This document shows, one piece after another, positions 1-13,420 of a DNA stretch of 64,000 nucleotides. The position numbers and the translations under genes are program-made. The notes under the pieces were generated by a model. That model saw only the letters and a list, made by a program, of their open reading frames with translations, was not told the DNA's origin and searched no databases. Origin of the DNA: Haplodiscus bocki (taxonomy: Eukaryota); the NCBI GenBank assembly GCA_965655095.1, contig OZ296651.1, positions 76,508,001-76,572,000 on the forward strand, read 5' to 3'. Every line of letters begins with the position of its first letter. The stretch's first letter is position 1.

Positions 1-3000
1 TCTGGAAACTGAGAAGAGGAGCTTTGATTTCCTCCTTGGTCCTTGTGACACCTATATAGTTTCTTTCATCGTCCAGCACGGGTCCATATACCCATTTGGC
101 TAAGACGAATTTGGACAAGGTTCCACTTTTTAGTTAAACATGTAATCATCATTTTCACAGTTACAGCCAAATTGTTTGCTTCGCTTTGAGAATTGTGAAG
201 GTTTCCTGTAGTTTTATCTTTGACCACTGATAGTTCAAACTTGGAATATTCGACATTGAATGAAAGACATCAATTAGCATTTCCATTGGCGGTGGGGTGT
301 TTGTGATAACCTCGTGGGGTGTCCTACGGTTTTTATGTCTCGAAGGATGCTGACCACTGCGGCTGCAAAAGCCGACGAGAGATCTTCGTTTTCTACATTT
401 GTTGACAAAAACATCTTGAATTCAGTTATAACATCAACAGCTGTTGTCATTTTTGCCAGCGCCCAAATTGCTATAAATGTACGCTATAATAAAGTACACC
501 AAGTACAAAATGATGAGTTGCGCATTTTCATGGCATTATATTCTTAGTTCTATATCTGATTTTTGTTGTTAATCAAATAATTCCACGCGCTGTCGGAAGT
601 GAAGCGCACCATTCGGACATTGATGCATAACATGAACAAAAGTACGCTGTCTGTTTTTCCAGAAGTTACCAATTGATCAGCAATTGCTACTCATTCTTCA
701 AGCCAGGCATCATCAACACTTTCTGCGCAAATTACTAGTTTTTCAGCCTTTCTGCCATGGGCAATAGACTTTTCGTAATTGACGGTGTCTTCGCCCGTCT
801 TTCGACATGTTCTATTCGAATCGATGAATGTCCTTGTCCATGACAACAACATTACTCTCTGCCGCGTCTGATTGTCTTTTGTTGGCTAATATTTCAGGCG
901 TCAAGTCATGCATGTGGTGTTACCATCAAAACTAGGAGCCTTTGTTCTCTTTTTGGCTCCAAATCTTTTTCTGGGCTCCAACTACTTTGATGCTCTTTCT
1001 CAAGTTTCCAAACACTAGTTCAATAAAAATGGCTTGTGGGTAAAAACGGAACTCAGACTCATCTTTGCTAACGTTCTGCCAGAGTGAGCCTAGAGCTAAA
1101 ACCATCTGTGGCAGACAAAGTAGATTGTCCTTATGATCCAATGGGGAACCACTCCATTAAGACTCTCTTATTGTATCTCTCAACTTGTCCACAGAAAGGG
1201 CAGGAATTGACACACAAAGCCTATCCTCCCAAAAGCAGGGCTGCTCGTCAACTGGTTTGAAGGTTTTGTCAGTATTGACTTAGCAAATGCAACAACTGTC
1301 AACTTCATCTTCAGGTAGGTAGTCTATTTCTCCGATGAAGATCTTTGTGACGTAGCTCTTTGTATCGTGCTGAACATTGCAAAGTTGAACAAGCTCAGCT
1401 CCTTCGGGTTCTCGTATGGATGGCGCTCAGGTTTGTGTGTGTTCCCTAAACTTTTACTCCAACTACATGCTACCCTATGATTTTTCCCTGCTTTCCTCAG
1501 TTTAACATGAAGTTTTGCTATTGCATCACTGCAGGCGAAGGCTGCTTGTGAATTGTGTTAGAATCAGAGTTTCATACAACATGTAGTGGCAACTACTGTG
1601 AAGCCATCGAATCCAAAAATAGGCCATTGAAATATTTTCTACTCTCTTCAACTTGAAAATTCTGTGCTACTTTTGTTTCCGAGTCAGTCTAGGGGGCTTT
1701 GAGAGGAGCGAGAATGCCTTCATGTTGACGCGCTGCTGTTTGTTTTCTATTTCTTTCGCAGAATTTGTGACTTCGACAGAAAGTCTTCAAAAAGCGCTTA
1801 TATCTCAACGTCCATGGTATTTATTGGAAGTTTTTTTCTGATTCGACTCGAAAACACTCTGGGCTATATTTTTGTTCATAGAACTATACCAAACTTATTC
1901 ACCTTCGCGTTGTTTCCTCAGACACAACGTGAAAAGTCGGAGTACATTCCGTGCTGAGTTGGTATTGTTCCAATTGTAGTAGCTCTGAGCAGTACCTTGC
2001 ACCTCTGTCAACTGCCCGATTGACTTTTATTAGTTGAACACTGCTCCCAGGTCTTAAAAATAAAATGCTAAAAGAGTTCAGATAGCTGGAAACTTGTAAA
2101 AAAATCGAGTTTTATTCATCAGAAAATCAAATTTCTGCGAAAAACTTGTTCTTTCGCCTGGTCTATGTTCAAGCAGAAGGCAACTGGGCTCCCAAATAGA
2201 GACAATTTGGGTTTTTAATGTTGATTTTTAGTTTCTGGTAAAAGTTTTGATCGTTGGAACTTTCTGAGGAATTTTCGTTTCTGCAGAAAACGAATGGAAA
2301 TTGAATTTTCTTTCCTGATGCACCTGTTCTTCCTGCCACACAGCTTTCTCAGTGAGTACCAGAATTAGCAGCGTAGCATTATGCTAACTAATTACCAAAC
2401 TTCGGGTTGCAGCACTAACGAAGAAAATTTTTCACATGGCCGACCTTGGGACAAAACCTTTTTTGTTGAATTTGTAGCTTTTATTAAAAGAAGTCGTGTT
2501 TCAGGTGCCAATTCGCCGTCGGTTGATACAAGCAGTCCATTTTGAAGCTCATTCAAATCGCTTTAATTTTCTGAAGCAATTAACCCGCTGCATGTTTTCT
2601 TTAAGCAGTAATCGGTTCAAAATAATTTTGCGCAGGTGGAACTTGTTTTACTTTTTCAACATTCAAACGTTACGCAGCTCTCATTCAATTTCGAGGCTTT
2701 TGCTGCTGCATAATTTTGAACGCTGTGATTTGTTCTGGTTTTTCTCGAAGCACAGGCGCAACTCTCATTGCGCCTATGTTTTACACTTACATCTGACTGA
2801 GGTGAACCTTCCACATTGTCACAACAATGCTTTAGGATTGTATGCCGGTGTGGGTGTTATTGGAGCTATTCCAGAAGTGTTTTCCAATCATAAGGTTAGT
2901 AGGCTGGGCCTGAGGAAGCTCCACATGGCGAGTTGCTACTGATTCAATCGGCTAACTATCGGTCATCGAACATCCAGGTTCCAAATCCATGAAAAATGGT

Positions 3001-5879
3001 TTATCCTCTAGATGGTCAGGGTTCTGTCGTGTTTAGTGCTGCCGTCTTTTGAGAGTGCTAGCGTTCTGGGAGTTGTTGTTTCCTTTCTCTCTAATGTCAA
3101 ATGGAAATCAAGGGGAGCTTTGACTAGTTAATACGTCAGTTCAAGGTCATGGGTGCCTCCCACTTCCAGTATTGCTTGAAGGGAGAATAAACTTGGTGAG
3201 AGTTGTAGGTCATGCCTCAAGCACCAGTGAAACAGTTTGCCACTGACAGAGTTATTCCTGAAAAATTCATTCAAATCCCTGAACAGGGACTCTTAATGGT
3301 CGATGATTACGTTGCATTCTCTAAAAAAATTGTATGGCAAAGGATTTCAACGAATTGGAGTAGAGAATTATTTGCAGTGGAAAAAATTTCGACATAAGTC
3401 AAGAAATGATTCATGACCAGCAGCTTTAAAAAAGTGTTCAGGTCATTAGTCAAACAACAAAGTGTTCGAAAGAACAATTTCAATCAAACAGTTTGAGTTC
3501 GAGTGGTTCGCGCACGGGGCACTTAGTCTTTTTTTACATCGTAAATTAGTGAAGTTTGTAGAAAAATAGAATTTTCATCTTTTTTATGAAATGGTTTTCA
3601 TTGCTGAAATTTGACCAGCACGTACAACAGAAGTAATTGGTTTAGAGCATAAAACACTCATGGGAAGCTAGCATTAATTAAGATGAAAGTCATTTGAAGC
3701 AAAATTAAAGAATTAAAGACTCTCGCAGTTGAATCAAACGATCGATTCTCAAACCTGATGAAACTGAAGGTGTCGCCCAAGAAGTCTCTAACGAAGTCCC
3801 TAGTTCCGTTTTCTCGAGCCTTGTCAACTTGGAAGAAGTTACCGTATTCTCTGAAGATGAAGAAAGTGAGGACGCTACGAGAATGGAGAGTGCTTCGTGC
3901 CGCCGAATCATTGTACAAAATTTTTCCACGATAAAAGCACATAGGCGAAAGAAAAAAGAAGAAAGTGCCAGTAAACAGAATAGCGGCGTATACCGGTGTT
4001 TCGTAGAAAAATAGAGGCGGTTACTGGACTTTCATAACAAAATTACACCCTTAGAAGTGTTCGTACGTTGATTTTATTTCTTTTCAGAAGTATTTCCGTG
4101 TATTACGTTTCTGGGCCGAACCCCAAAAATATACTTTTTGTTGAAATTGAAGAAGAGAAGTTGAGTCTTAAAAAATTCCCAGATTCAATTTTTTGTAGAA
4201 AAAAACTTCTGCTCAGTTCAAAAAACGATAGTATATATACAACATAAAGATTACAGTTATCTCACCAAAAATTGTTTTTCCTTGTTTCGGGACCAAAAAT
4301 TATCCACGATTGTGGGATCAGATTTTTGAAATTGCATGAAGTCATTTGATGTTTTATCTTAAAAGCGAGGGACATCTGTTGGATTCCTCCTGTAGAATAT
4401 CTTCAAAACTCACATTCGGACTACCTTAACGTAATTTAGCGACGTTCTTTTTCTGAGATATAGACGACATTACCGGCAAAAAAACATTCTTGACGAAAAA
4501 ACCTCAGATGTTGAATTTTCGCCAAAAATATGCTACGATAAGGGCGCAGTGGCAAATCATAGAATAGTAGTGAGGGTATGAGTTGGATATGGACGGTCTA
4601 GGAAAAACCACGGCGCTTCACGGAATAAGTTAAACTCGTAAAACCTGTTCATAGGTATTATTATACAATTCTTTGAACTGAGCATTAAACCTTCAACAGG
4701 ATTAGAGGAATGAGATATTAGTGTCGCAGCCCCTGTCGCTTGTGACGGCTTGACATATACTGTTAACTTTGACAGTCCCTGCACGGGCTCGCAAGCCAGT
4801 CGGTCGCCCTTTTTCCATGACTAAAACATTAACAAAGTTCCGATCGAAAAAGAGTGTTGGACAAACACACACCTCATTTTACAAATTCCACCTAACCTAC
4901 AGATATAAACCTACGCTTACTCATATAGACATTTTACCTTTTTGATTTGTTAAAAGCATACTACCAACAAATGCGCTAGCATCAAACGGAAAATCAATCC
5001 AAACAAATGTTTACAGTGCTCAATTGACGCGCATTGTTGTATTTTGTTCTGATTGGTCAAAAAATTAATTCCGCCAAATTCCGGTCCAACTAGCAACACT
5101 ACGAGTGGGTAATCAAGACTCTGACCAGTTTGCTCAAAGCAAGTGGTCGCCCTCCAAATAAAGGAGAAAAGGCGGGAGAACAAGGCTATAATGACAAGCA
5201 TTTGGCCACCTTTATTGGCATGACTCTATGAATGTTGATTTAATGTAATATATAAACATCTACTTAAAAATAATTTGCTTCCAAGTCATCCAGTGGTTAT
5301 TACTAGTAACTCCCCAGCAAAAATTTCAAATGGTCAAAAGACGGAAATAGTGACCGCGTTATGACCAACAAACAATAACTAGCGGAATCCCATGAACATA
5401 TTCTATTACGACCGTCTTTGTTGGGAATATCACTCTACAGCGTTAATCCAATCGTGTAGTAACAGTTACAGACATGTGCGGCAACACACAAGTTATAGCG
5501 ATATGAAATTTTTCTTTATCATCTCACCATGTTGGCTGATACCATATGTACCTTAACCATTCCATTGAGGCTCCTGGCAAAAACGGGACCTTCGCCGCTG
5601 ACTTTCCTTATGCATTTAAACATGTTTCATGTAATATCGTTTTTAGTTTTTGCTTTTATTTAGCTCGTCACAACCAAATGTTGCTTGTCATCATTTTTGG
5701 GTGGAAAGTTTTCTAATGTGCAAAAGAAGTGCTATTTTTAAAATGATGCCGTAATGATGTCTTGTAGAAGCGGAATAAATTCTTGGATGTTTGATTTAGT
5801 GGGAGTTGCAGATATAGCGTCAACGAACAAAGTACTCTGATTGGCTGCCGATTAGAAGGTCAACAGCAGGAATCATAAC

Positions 5880-7430
5880 CCTAAGTTGATCCGAAGTGGG
5901 GATCAGAACATCAAGAACACTCCTGAAAAACAGTTGCTCAAAACCATTATTAAAGTTGAGAAGTTTATTTTTGGTTGTGATTTTGCTTGGTTGCCCTCTC
6001 TTTCAAGATTTGTTGTTCAACTGCTTTCATTTTTGTTACAAGCTTAATTCACCTGTGACAGTAAACATGGTTTCGATTCGGAGGAAAAGACAGTCAGAAA
6101 GAAGGCTTCTTAGCCAATTAGATGACATTGACCAAGATGTTATCATTGGTAACACTGCCAACAGTGGACAGCCAAATGTTTTAGTCATTGACGGTTCTCT
6201 TAACCTATAATTTACTACTAGTTTTAGTAGCAGTAACTGAGCAGCCAATGAGAATACAGTGAATTTTCACAAATTGGAAACATGTTTCAATGAAAAGATT
6301 GACAAAGAATTGGGTATTTTTGTTGCCACGGTCGAGGATACGAACCGAAACGCGCCTTTGACCACGATTGATAATAATATTACCCCAAGGATTGAATTAA
6401 CGGTTAGGTCAATAAATGGGTCATCTGGACGAGACGCCATCAGTGTCACAGCAAACTCAGAACGTTCAGAACGCGCAGGGATAACTGCTTTTTTGAAAAG
6501 GTATCTGAAAAAAAACAAAACATTTCACGAATTAAACGCGAATGGTCAGACACGAAAAAACTTTTCAGACAAGGTAATTGACTTGTCGGTCCCACGAACT
6601 CTTTTCCACCGGCAATTACGCACTCATCACATGATGACAAGACAAACAAACCAAACAAACCAAGTCCCTGAGATTCCCACAGGACGTATCCTAACATGAC
6701 ATTACCCACTTTCACAACAACATCAAAACCTGTCAACACAAGTATCACGAGACAACAATTTCCCAATAGTTGAACATACACCAAGACATGAAAACCGAGA
6801 CTCAAACAATTTCATCAATTGTCTCGCTGAGGCCATTGCCGGCATTTCATCCCAGCAAAGACAACAAACAGCTACACTGCTAAAGACAGTGTCCACAAAT
6901 ACATTGATTTTTGATGGCAATAACAAAAAGTTTGAAGTTTTGAAAACCTATTCCACACAGTGCTTAACATGCAGTCAAAAATGATGGAAGCATTGAAAAT
7001 TGATCACTTCCATGCTCGTTTACGGAAATAAGCACTTCAAACATTCAGAAACATAAGTGCACCAAACAGAAAAACCCTTGAAGATGTACTAATCGTATTT
7101 TGACGAAAATACGTCAAACCAGAATCAGAAACAACGGGCAAACACAAATGGCACAAAGTCACGTTCGATCCCAATACAAGATCAATATCCAACTTTTCTG
7201 AAGAATTCAGTGTATGTGCCAAAAGAGCGTTTGGCGACAACGCCCAGCAATTGATAGACAGGCTTTTGTACGCAAAACTACCACCGCACTTAAAACGATC
7301 AATCAATTTAGTTTACCTAAAAAATGGCATATATGACACCAAATTGTGACACAGGTTGAAAAAAAATTAGAACTCAAGGGTTTGAAAAACGATGGTGAAC
7401 CATCAATACCCACAATGATTGCGATTTTAG
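5880..7430 (+). mobile_element. Degenerate Ty3/Gypsy gag fragment (5' part of an LTR retrotransposon)
   Basis: Broken reading frame from ATG 6068 (MVSIRRKRQSERRLLSQLDDIDQDVIIG) through a capsid-like region (TLIFDGNNKKFE...HFHARLRK*ALQTFRNI...KHKWHKVTFDP...LLYAKLPPHLKRSINL...QIVTQVEKKLEL). It is homologous to the gag of element B: RQLRTHHMMTRQ vs RQTRTRNHHMVTYQ, and QIVTQVEKKLEL..SIPTM vs YDQIIAH*KR*LE..LIPTI. Confidence 0.7.
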
Positions 7431-9203
7431 ATCAGAAAAAAATATCGTATGAAGTCACTCTAATTTCTGTAGTTACCTCGAAGTCAAACTGATCAGTCAT
7501 TTCGGTCTTGCTTGACATAGTGCTACACGTTTCAGTAAAACGCTATTATGTACGGCATCTGAGACTATTATGTATTCAAGCTACAAAAAGTGCTATAAGT
7601 ACCAACCAATCAAATCATTCCCATTTTTGACCGAAGAGATATGGAACCATGTTCACTTTCCAAAGCTTTCATTTTGTCGCACCTGAAAACCCCTTCTTAC
7701 ATTTCATCTTCTATCCTTTTACATCTTAAACATCCCGCGAAATAGAATATATCTGGCAACTACTATATTTTAGAACATTTCTACTGAGTTGAGCTATTCT
7801 TCAGTTAGTTTCTTTTGCCGCACTAGTTCTATTTTACAATATTTACCCCCAAGCTAAATTCAAAAAGAATCAACCGAAATTTGTCTTTGGTCTTAAGATT
7901 ATTTTCAAAGCTGGCTGAAGACATAGTATAACAAGGTAGAAGACAAAGTCCAAAAGACTTAGCCCTGTCGAAAGGACAAATTGATGTAGTATTAATCAGA
8001 GGATAAATACCGAGCGGGACTCAACACGAGACGGGGTCTCAGAACCGGAAGCTGAGGTTAGACAGAGTCAAACAGGACAGGCTGTGTCAACCTGTACCCT
8101 GAATAATAGCAAATTCCGAATGATGCGGCTAGGGGTTAAAGTTAAGATCCAAAGCTGGCTGGAGAAACTTCAGAATACCAGAGATTAAACTTGACTGCGT
8201 GATCGAAAATAAATAGCACGTGCTCAGCCTTAAGATAGTCAGAGAGAACTTCAACAAATCCACCAATGAGGAGCCGTGAATCGAATAAAGCGCGAACTCA
8301 TGTAAATCTTCCTGATTTTGAAAATGCTATGTTGATTCAGCGCTTGAAACGCCTTATCATAGAAGAGAGAGCAGTCAGAGTTTCGATTTACTTATTACCT
8401 ACTTTTTATTCAAATTTTTGGAGTACATATTCTATGAGTTCTTTCCAATGAACTCAACTAAAATCATTTTTAAGTGGTTTTAACCCTTTTTCCAGTTTAG
8501 CAATATTGATACCATTTTGACTGAGTCCTTTCTGTCATAATGAATCTTCAAGTTTTCCCCCAATTACCTTCAAAGTTTACTCGCTAGATTACCCACTTTG
8601 TACACTATTCTCAGGAAAATCTGTTTATGGAATGAATTAAATTAGTAGCAATTATTCTACCAAAATTCACGAAGTCTCGTTAGTGCGTTGAATATTCTTG
8701 CTGATTTATGCTCCGAATATAATAGAATATTTTTATCGTTCTCTTCTGGCTAGATTATCGGCGAAATTACCGGCGTTTCTTAGCAACATATCGGTGGCTT
8801 TTTTACATTTTTGCAGATAACAGCGGATCTTAAAATGACAGCACCGGCAAAGACAGAATTATTGGTGATCCTACAAAAAAATCCAGCATTGCAGAAAAAA
8901 AATTACACATACAATCTGCAAAGGAAGGAAAAGTTCTGTGTGATTGGATTCTGCTTGAAATGGAAATAGATATTTTTTGAATTTTAGGAAGATAATAAAG
9001 CCCCTCTTCTACAACATAACTTTGTTCATTAATTAAATGATATCATATATCACATAAAAATCACATATGTGTTTCTTGTTCCATAAAAAACCTCTTAAGT
9101 TCTTCTCCATGATTGTCAAGTTGGCGAGTCTCCCAAAGTCACCCGTTGGAAGGTACTGTGAATTTGCTCAAAATGTAAACAAGCTGGCCGGCCACAACTG
9201 TCA

Positions 9204-9638
9204 TATTTTCCGCCCTCTAATTTTCGCGAAGGTGCCTTTTAGAAGGTTGAAAGGATGAATACTTTTTCTTCAGAAAATTTTCTAATTTTTCCAATTTCAA
9301 TTTTTTTTAATTTGTTTGCAACAAAACTCAATTTAGGCGGAAAAAGACATTTTTAAGAAATAATATCATTTTATAACAATTCTACAACAAATTTCCCACC
9401 TTTACCGATTTTGAAGAAAAAATCATTTTTTTTTCTAAAAAAACCCAAATGTACGTATTTGAAAAACCTTACTATTTCAGTCGCATTCTGCGGCAACTTT
9501 GCAATTCGGTGATACAAATTCTTCAAATTCAGAATCATCCGGATTCTGCCGGGACAATTAATTGGTAAGTAAACGTTAAAAAAACGTCCGCATTGAGTGG
9601 ATGGTTTACCTTTCATATTCAAATATGGGCGGAAAATA
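9204..9638. mobile_element. Putative MITE / non-autonomous DNA transposon
   Basis: Perfect 12-bp inverted repeats TATTTTCCGCCC (9204-9215) and GGGCGGAAAATA (9627-9638) flank 435 bp of non-coding AT-rich sequence. The terminal TA may be the TSD. Confidence 0.55.
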
Positions 9639-10419
9639 ATAAAGGCAGGGTGCAAGCAACTGAATCAGTATACATCAGTTTTGTGTTATCATCAGATTGT
9701 ATGTATCTGTTACACACCCCACTTGATAATCCACCCCTGAATTTACTCTTTTGGAACTAATAAATAATGATGAAATCTTATTTCCATTGCATAAACTGTC
9801 AGCTGGCTTTCCAAGTGTAACAAAGTGCGCCATAAAAGTAGAATGACGGCTCTATTGTCTACAACACCTGGCTTCACATAAACTTTACATTATTCTGCTG
9901 GCTGAAAAAGATCCTCTTTACGATATAACTCTGTATTCTTCCCTTTTCTGATTAATCTTTTGGTACTAAGTTCTGAATTTGATATCTTGATAATTCAGAC
10001 AGAACTGTGTTTGTTTTGGCTAAAATTTTTGTCACCTATTTTGATAGGTATGTTCTAAATAAATGTCATCGTTCGTTTTAACTTCGTTGAGGTTTTTTTG
10101 AAGAATGAATTTTGCCATAGGTTATAATACATTATACTTGGAAGTTGTTCCAGGGAACCAGTGTTATCTTTATGAGGGAAATTTTCGAGAAAACTGATTA
10201 ACTTATCAAAATGAAATCCAAGCAACCTGTAGACAACCTAGGACAACTAAGCGTACTATTAGAACTGCTATAGTTTACCAGTGTTTTCAGATTTTTTGGT
10301 CGATAATTACGACGGTCAGTTTGTCTTGCTTGCCTTAATGGATGACCAATCGAAACCGCATACCTTATAACAGAAATTAGGCCTGAAGCTCACAGATGTC
10401 GAACGACAAACAAACCGGC

Positions 10420-10730
10420 TGCGCTAAAATTAGAACTGACGTTCGATTCGCCCTTAGGGAAAGGTTTGCTTGATGAACACTTAACATCCCTTTTATAAGC
10501 CGAGTAAAATCCTCCAGCTGCTTAGTCAAGGGAGCGATTTAGCTTGCAATCTGCTCGTCAACTTCCTCTTCTGTCAATATGCGTGTTTTGGATTCAGAGT
10601 CTGTGTTGCCTCTATGAGCAATCAGCAGGTGGAGAGTTTGGGAACTGTTGATTTCGATCATTCTTTTACTTGCAGCCGTGTCGTATCTTTTACCTTTTCT
10701 TAGATATTGGTGCGTATTGAAAACTGGCAT
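10420..10730 (-). mobile_element. Probable N-terminal gag-like fragment of another LTR element
   Basis: ORF 10730-10539 continues past a stop as ...ILTEEEVDEQIAS*IAPLTKQLEDFTRLIKGM, an amphipathic helix typical of gag N-termini. It is truncated and no pol follows. Confidence 0.35.
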
Positions 10731-12989
10731 GCAAGAAATTAAGACTTTAATTTACTTTCGATGGATATTGATGATTTTTCGGTGTAATATACATTGTATC
10801 CAAATATTACTGTGACATTTACAAACTGCGTACTTGGTAATGCTGGAGCTACTGAGTTTTGGATGCAATCTCATCAACTGCTAAGAGCCGGTATAGCGAG
10901 TATGAGAGTGGTTACTGGTCATCTGATTGCGCCAAAACTATGCTGTTTCTTGGTGGATTTGCGTGGTCACGTGACCGATGGCGCATTTCCTACCAGCGGT
11001 GAGTTATTATTGATTGGCTCGTTAGTTACTGTGCAATTTAACTAATTAAGGTGTGAACGCAAAGTCACTGCAAATTCTGATAACTGTAATCATTTAGCAT
11101 CATATTTATGCAAAATTAGCCCACGAAAACCTGCATAGATCCAATATGAGGAAATGTACATGAAATACAACGTAAATATGAACTTATTATTCAATAGATA
11201 TATCGTGTTTTGCTACTTTAAAAACGATTCTTTTGATGGTTTTGGAGTTCCACTGTATCAATTGTAGGCGTTTCAATTTTCTATCAGAATTCTCCTTTTG
11301 TTTGGTTATGATATCCAGATTTACTGGAAAAGCTCTTCTTTTGTCAGTTTGTTTGTTCTTCTTAAGTTAGATTACTTTCTATGTAGTTTATTACTATTCC
11401 ATTTCCACTTCTTCCGTACAAATGAATTAGATAGGCAGTACAACAGTTTAAATTTTAATTAACGAAAACTGAGCAATTTCAGTTGCATATATTAAGGCCC
11501 GGTTGAGATTTTCATCCCGCGGATGGAAATTGATAGGAGTTAAAATAGCTTGCAAAGGTCAGTCTGGGTGGTTTTCATCCTCCTAATGGAGACCGATGAA
11601 AGTAGAAAAGAGTAGAGGAGGAGTGAAGTTTTATTAAATAGTTGCATTTATACCGTTATGCAATTTGCGGCCAAAGAACTTGCATTAGCATCTTAATAAT
11701 AGTAATGGCTGCATTCATATTTAACATAACGTACTTTTAACGATATGTAGATGTCTCATTTTTCCCTCATGCGATCCTGACACCGGGGCACCAAAATAGT
11801 CAGCAGCCAGAGGTGCATGGAATTTTCCGTGGTCATGCACTTTTTTCGTGTTGCCCCTTCACAACTTTTTGTTTTAAGAGCTTGTCAGGGATTTCCAGTA
11901 CAAAAGGTTTTGAAATTTTCTGGGCTATCCCACTTTATTGACTAAAAATGAATTTTCATAAAGTTCAGGTTAAGTAATGAAATGACAGCGTCTGGTGTAG
12001 GGGGAGCCTGGTTTGTCACTGTAGAAAAGTTGCCTCGAATCAATTGTCCAATAAAGTAGAAAAGTTATCTTCAAGTTTGAACACACTCCAACGAAAAGAA
12101 TTCAGACGTGAAAATCAAAACCTGATATGAGAAAAAACTCCAACCCTAATGGTACTTTCCAATGGAAAGCTTTATTTACTACAATAGAAAGTCTCTCTCA
12201 AAAAAATTTTGCTCTGTTATACCAATGAAATGTGATTTTGGAATTTTAAATTGCTTTTAGCCAAAGTGGCCATCCATGCAGAAAAATGCAATAGCCTTTA
12301 TTCAACATGCACCATCACCTTCGTTCAGTCTTATCACATTTCTCAGGAACAGCAAAGTATCCAAATGCTTCGATGTTAGCCATTTTTAGCCAGCATTTTC
12401 CTTTAGTAAAAAGGCGACGATCACAGTGCCTCGTTTTTTCCACAGCTAAACGGTACTTTAAAGGGCCCAGTGGTTTAGAAGGTAGAACTGCTGCTGAAGT
12501 ATTAAAAAAATGAGTTGTTTCAAGTCAAAAACTGCTTCTTTTCCACTTCTGTTGAGTTACTCCTTCTTAGTTCGAGATTGGTGCAGGTTTTACTACCTGC
12601 TTCTCCGAGGTTTATGATTAATTTCAAAATTTCATGCAAAAGTGTTGTTTCTTTTGATAAAGTTATAATATTCGAACTCTTTCGAAGGAGATTAGGTTCA
12701 GGAACTTGTTTCATTAAAGTTTTTTACCCATATCTTTTTGAAAGATCTTCTAAGACTATTCAAGAACAAAAAGTAATCGAATCTCCTCTAAAGCAATATT
12801 TCCTGAAACCAATAATTGATATCGAAGTCGGCAGTTTTTCTAATAGTAAACATTTCGTCTGTTACAACAGGTCTACTAATGGTTCCAAATGTCTTTTCCC
12901 AATTTAAACCGGACTCAGGACACTGTCAGTTTGTTCGAGCTAACTGACTGTGACCAAAAAAATGAACTGACTGACCAAAGTGAATAATA

Positions 12990-13420
12990 TGATCACATTT
13001 ATTATTTTGGTTTCGTTTTCCAAATTTCGGATTGCCTTACTGCCTTTTAATATTCTTAGAAAATCTAATCTTTACCAAGTGAACATTTTTTTTATATGAC
13101 CATTAGTTGCGTTTTATGGTCGCCAACTGAATACAGATGCGCAGAGGTTGCAGGGGTTGACAAAAGATAACAAAATTTATCATCATTTTTCATGTTTATG
13201 ATGGACCTATCATTTTTGTACTTGTTTCTGGAAGTTGTGTTGGATGATACCCGAGAACGATTACTCAATAAAGCTCGAACCCTATTTGACTCATAACTTC
13301 ATACACAAAGTTTGGCTCTTTTACTTGTTCATCCTTCTCAATTCCATTAATACCTCATGGTTATTTTTATAATCTTGTTCATAAGTTATCTCACATAATA
13401 TCCAGTTAAAAAGTTTTTCT
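12990..13420 (-). mobile_element. Polinton/Maverick-type protein-primed DNA polymerase B, N-terminal fragment (degenerate)
   Basis: Minus-strand translation with frameshifts gives ...SS..LPE.KYKNDRSIINMKNDDKFCYL...SAHLYSVGDHK. This matches the 'SSY..LP.....K.IIN.KN.D..CF.W..LA.L.P' motif found upstream of the exonuclease in Polinton pPolB. Confidence 0.55.

Noticed and set aside
2496-2942. 148-aa plus-strand ORF and most other 60-150 aa ORFs in the track
   Set aside because: No recognisable motifs, often non-ATG starts, composition typical of random or antisense frames.
7960-8450. Possible solo LTR
   Set aside because: LTR-like composition, but no partner, clear TG..CA ends or TSD could be established.
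11506-11530. Hairpin TTTCATCC-CGC-GGATGGAAA as a terminator or TIR
   Set aside because: Short and imperfect, with no partner end or gene context.
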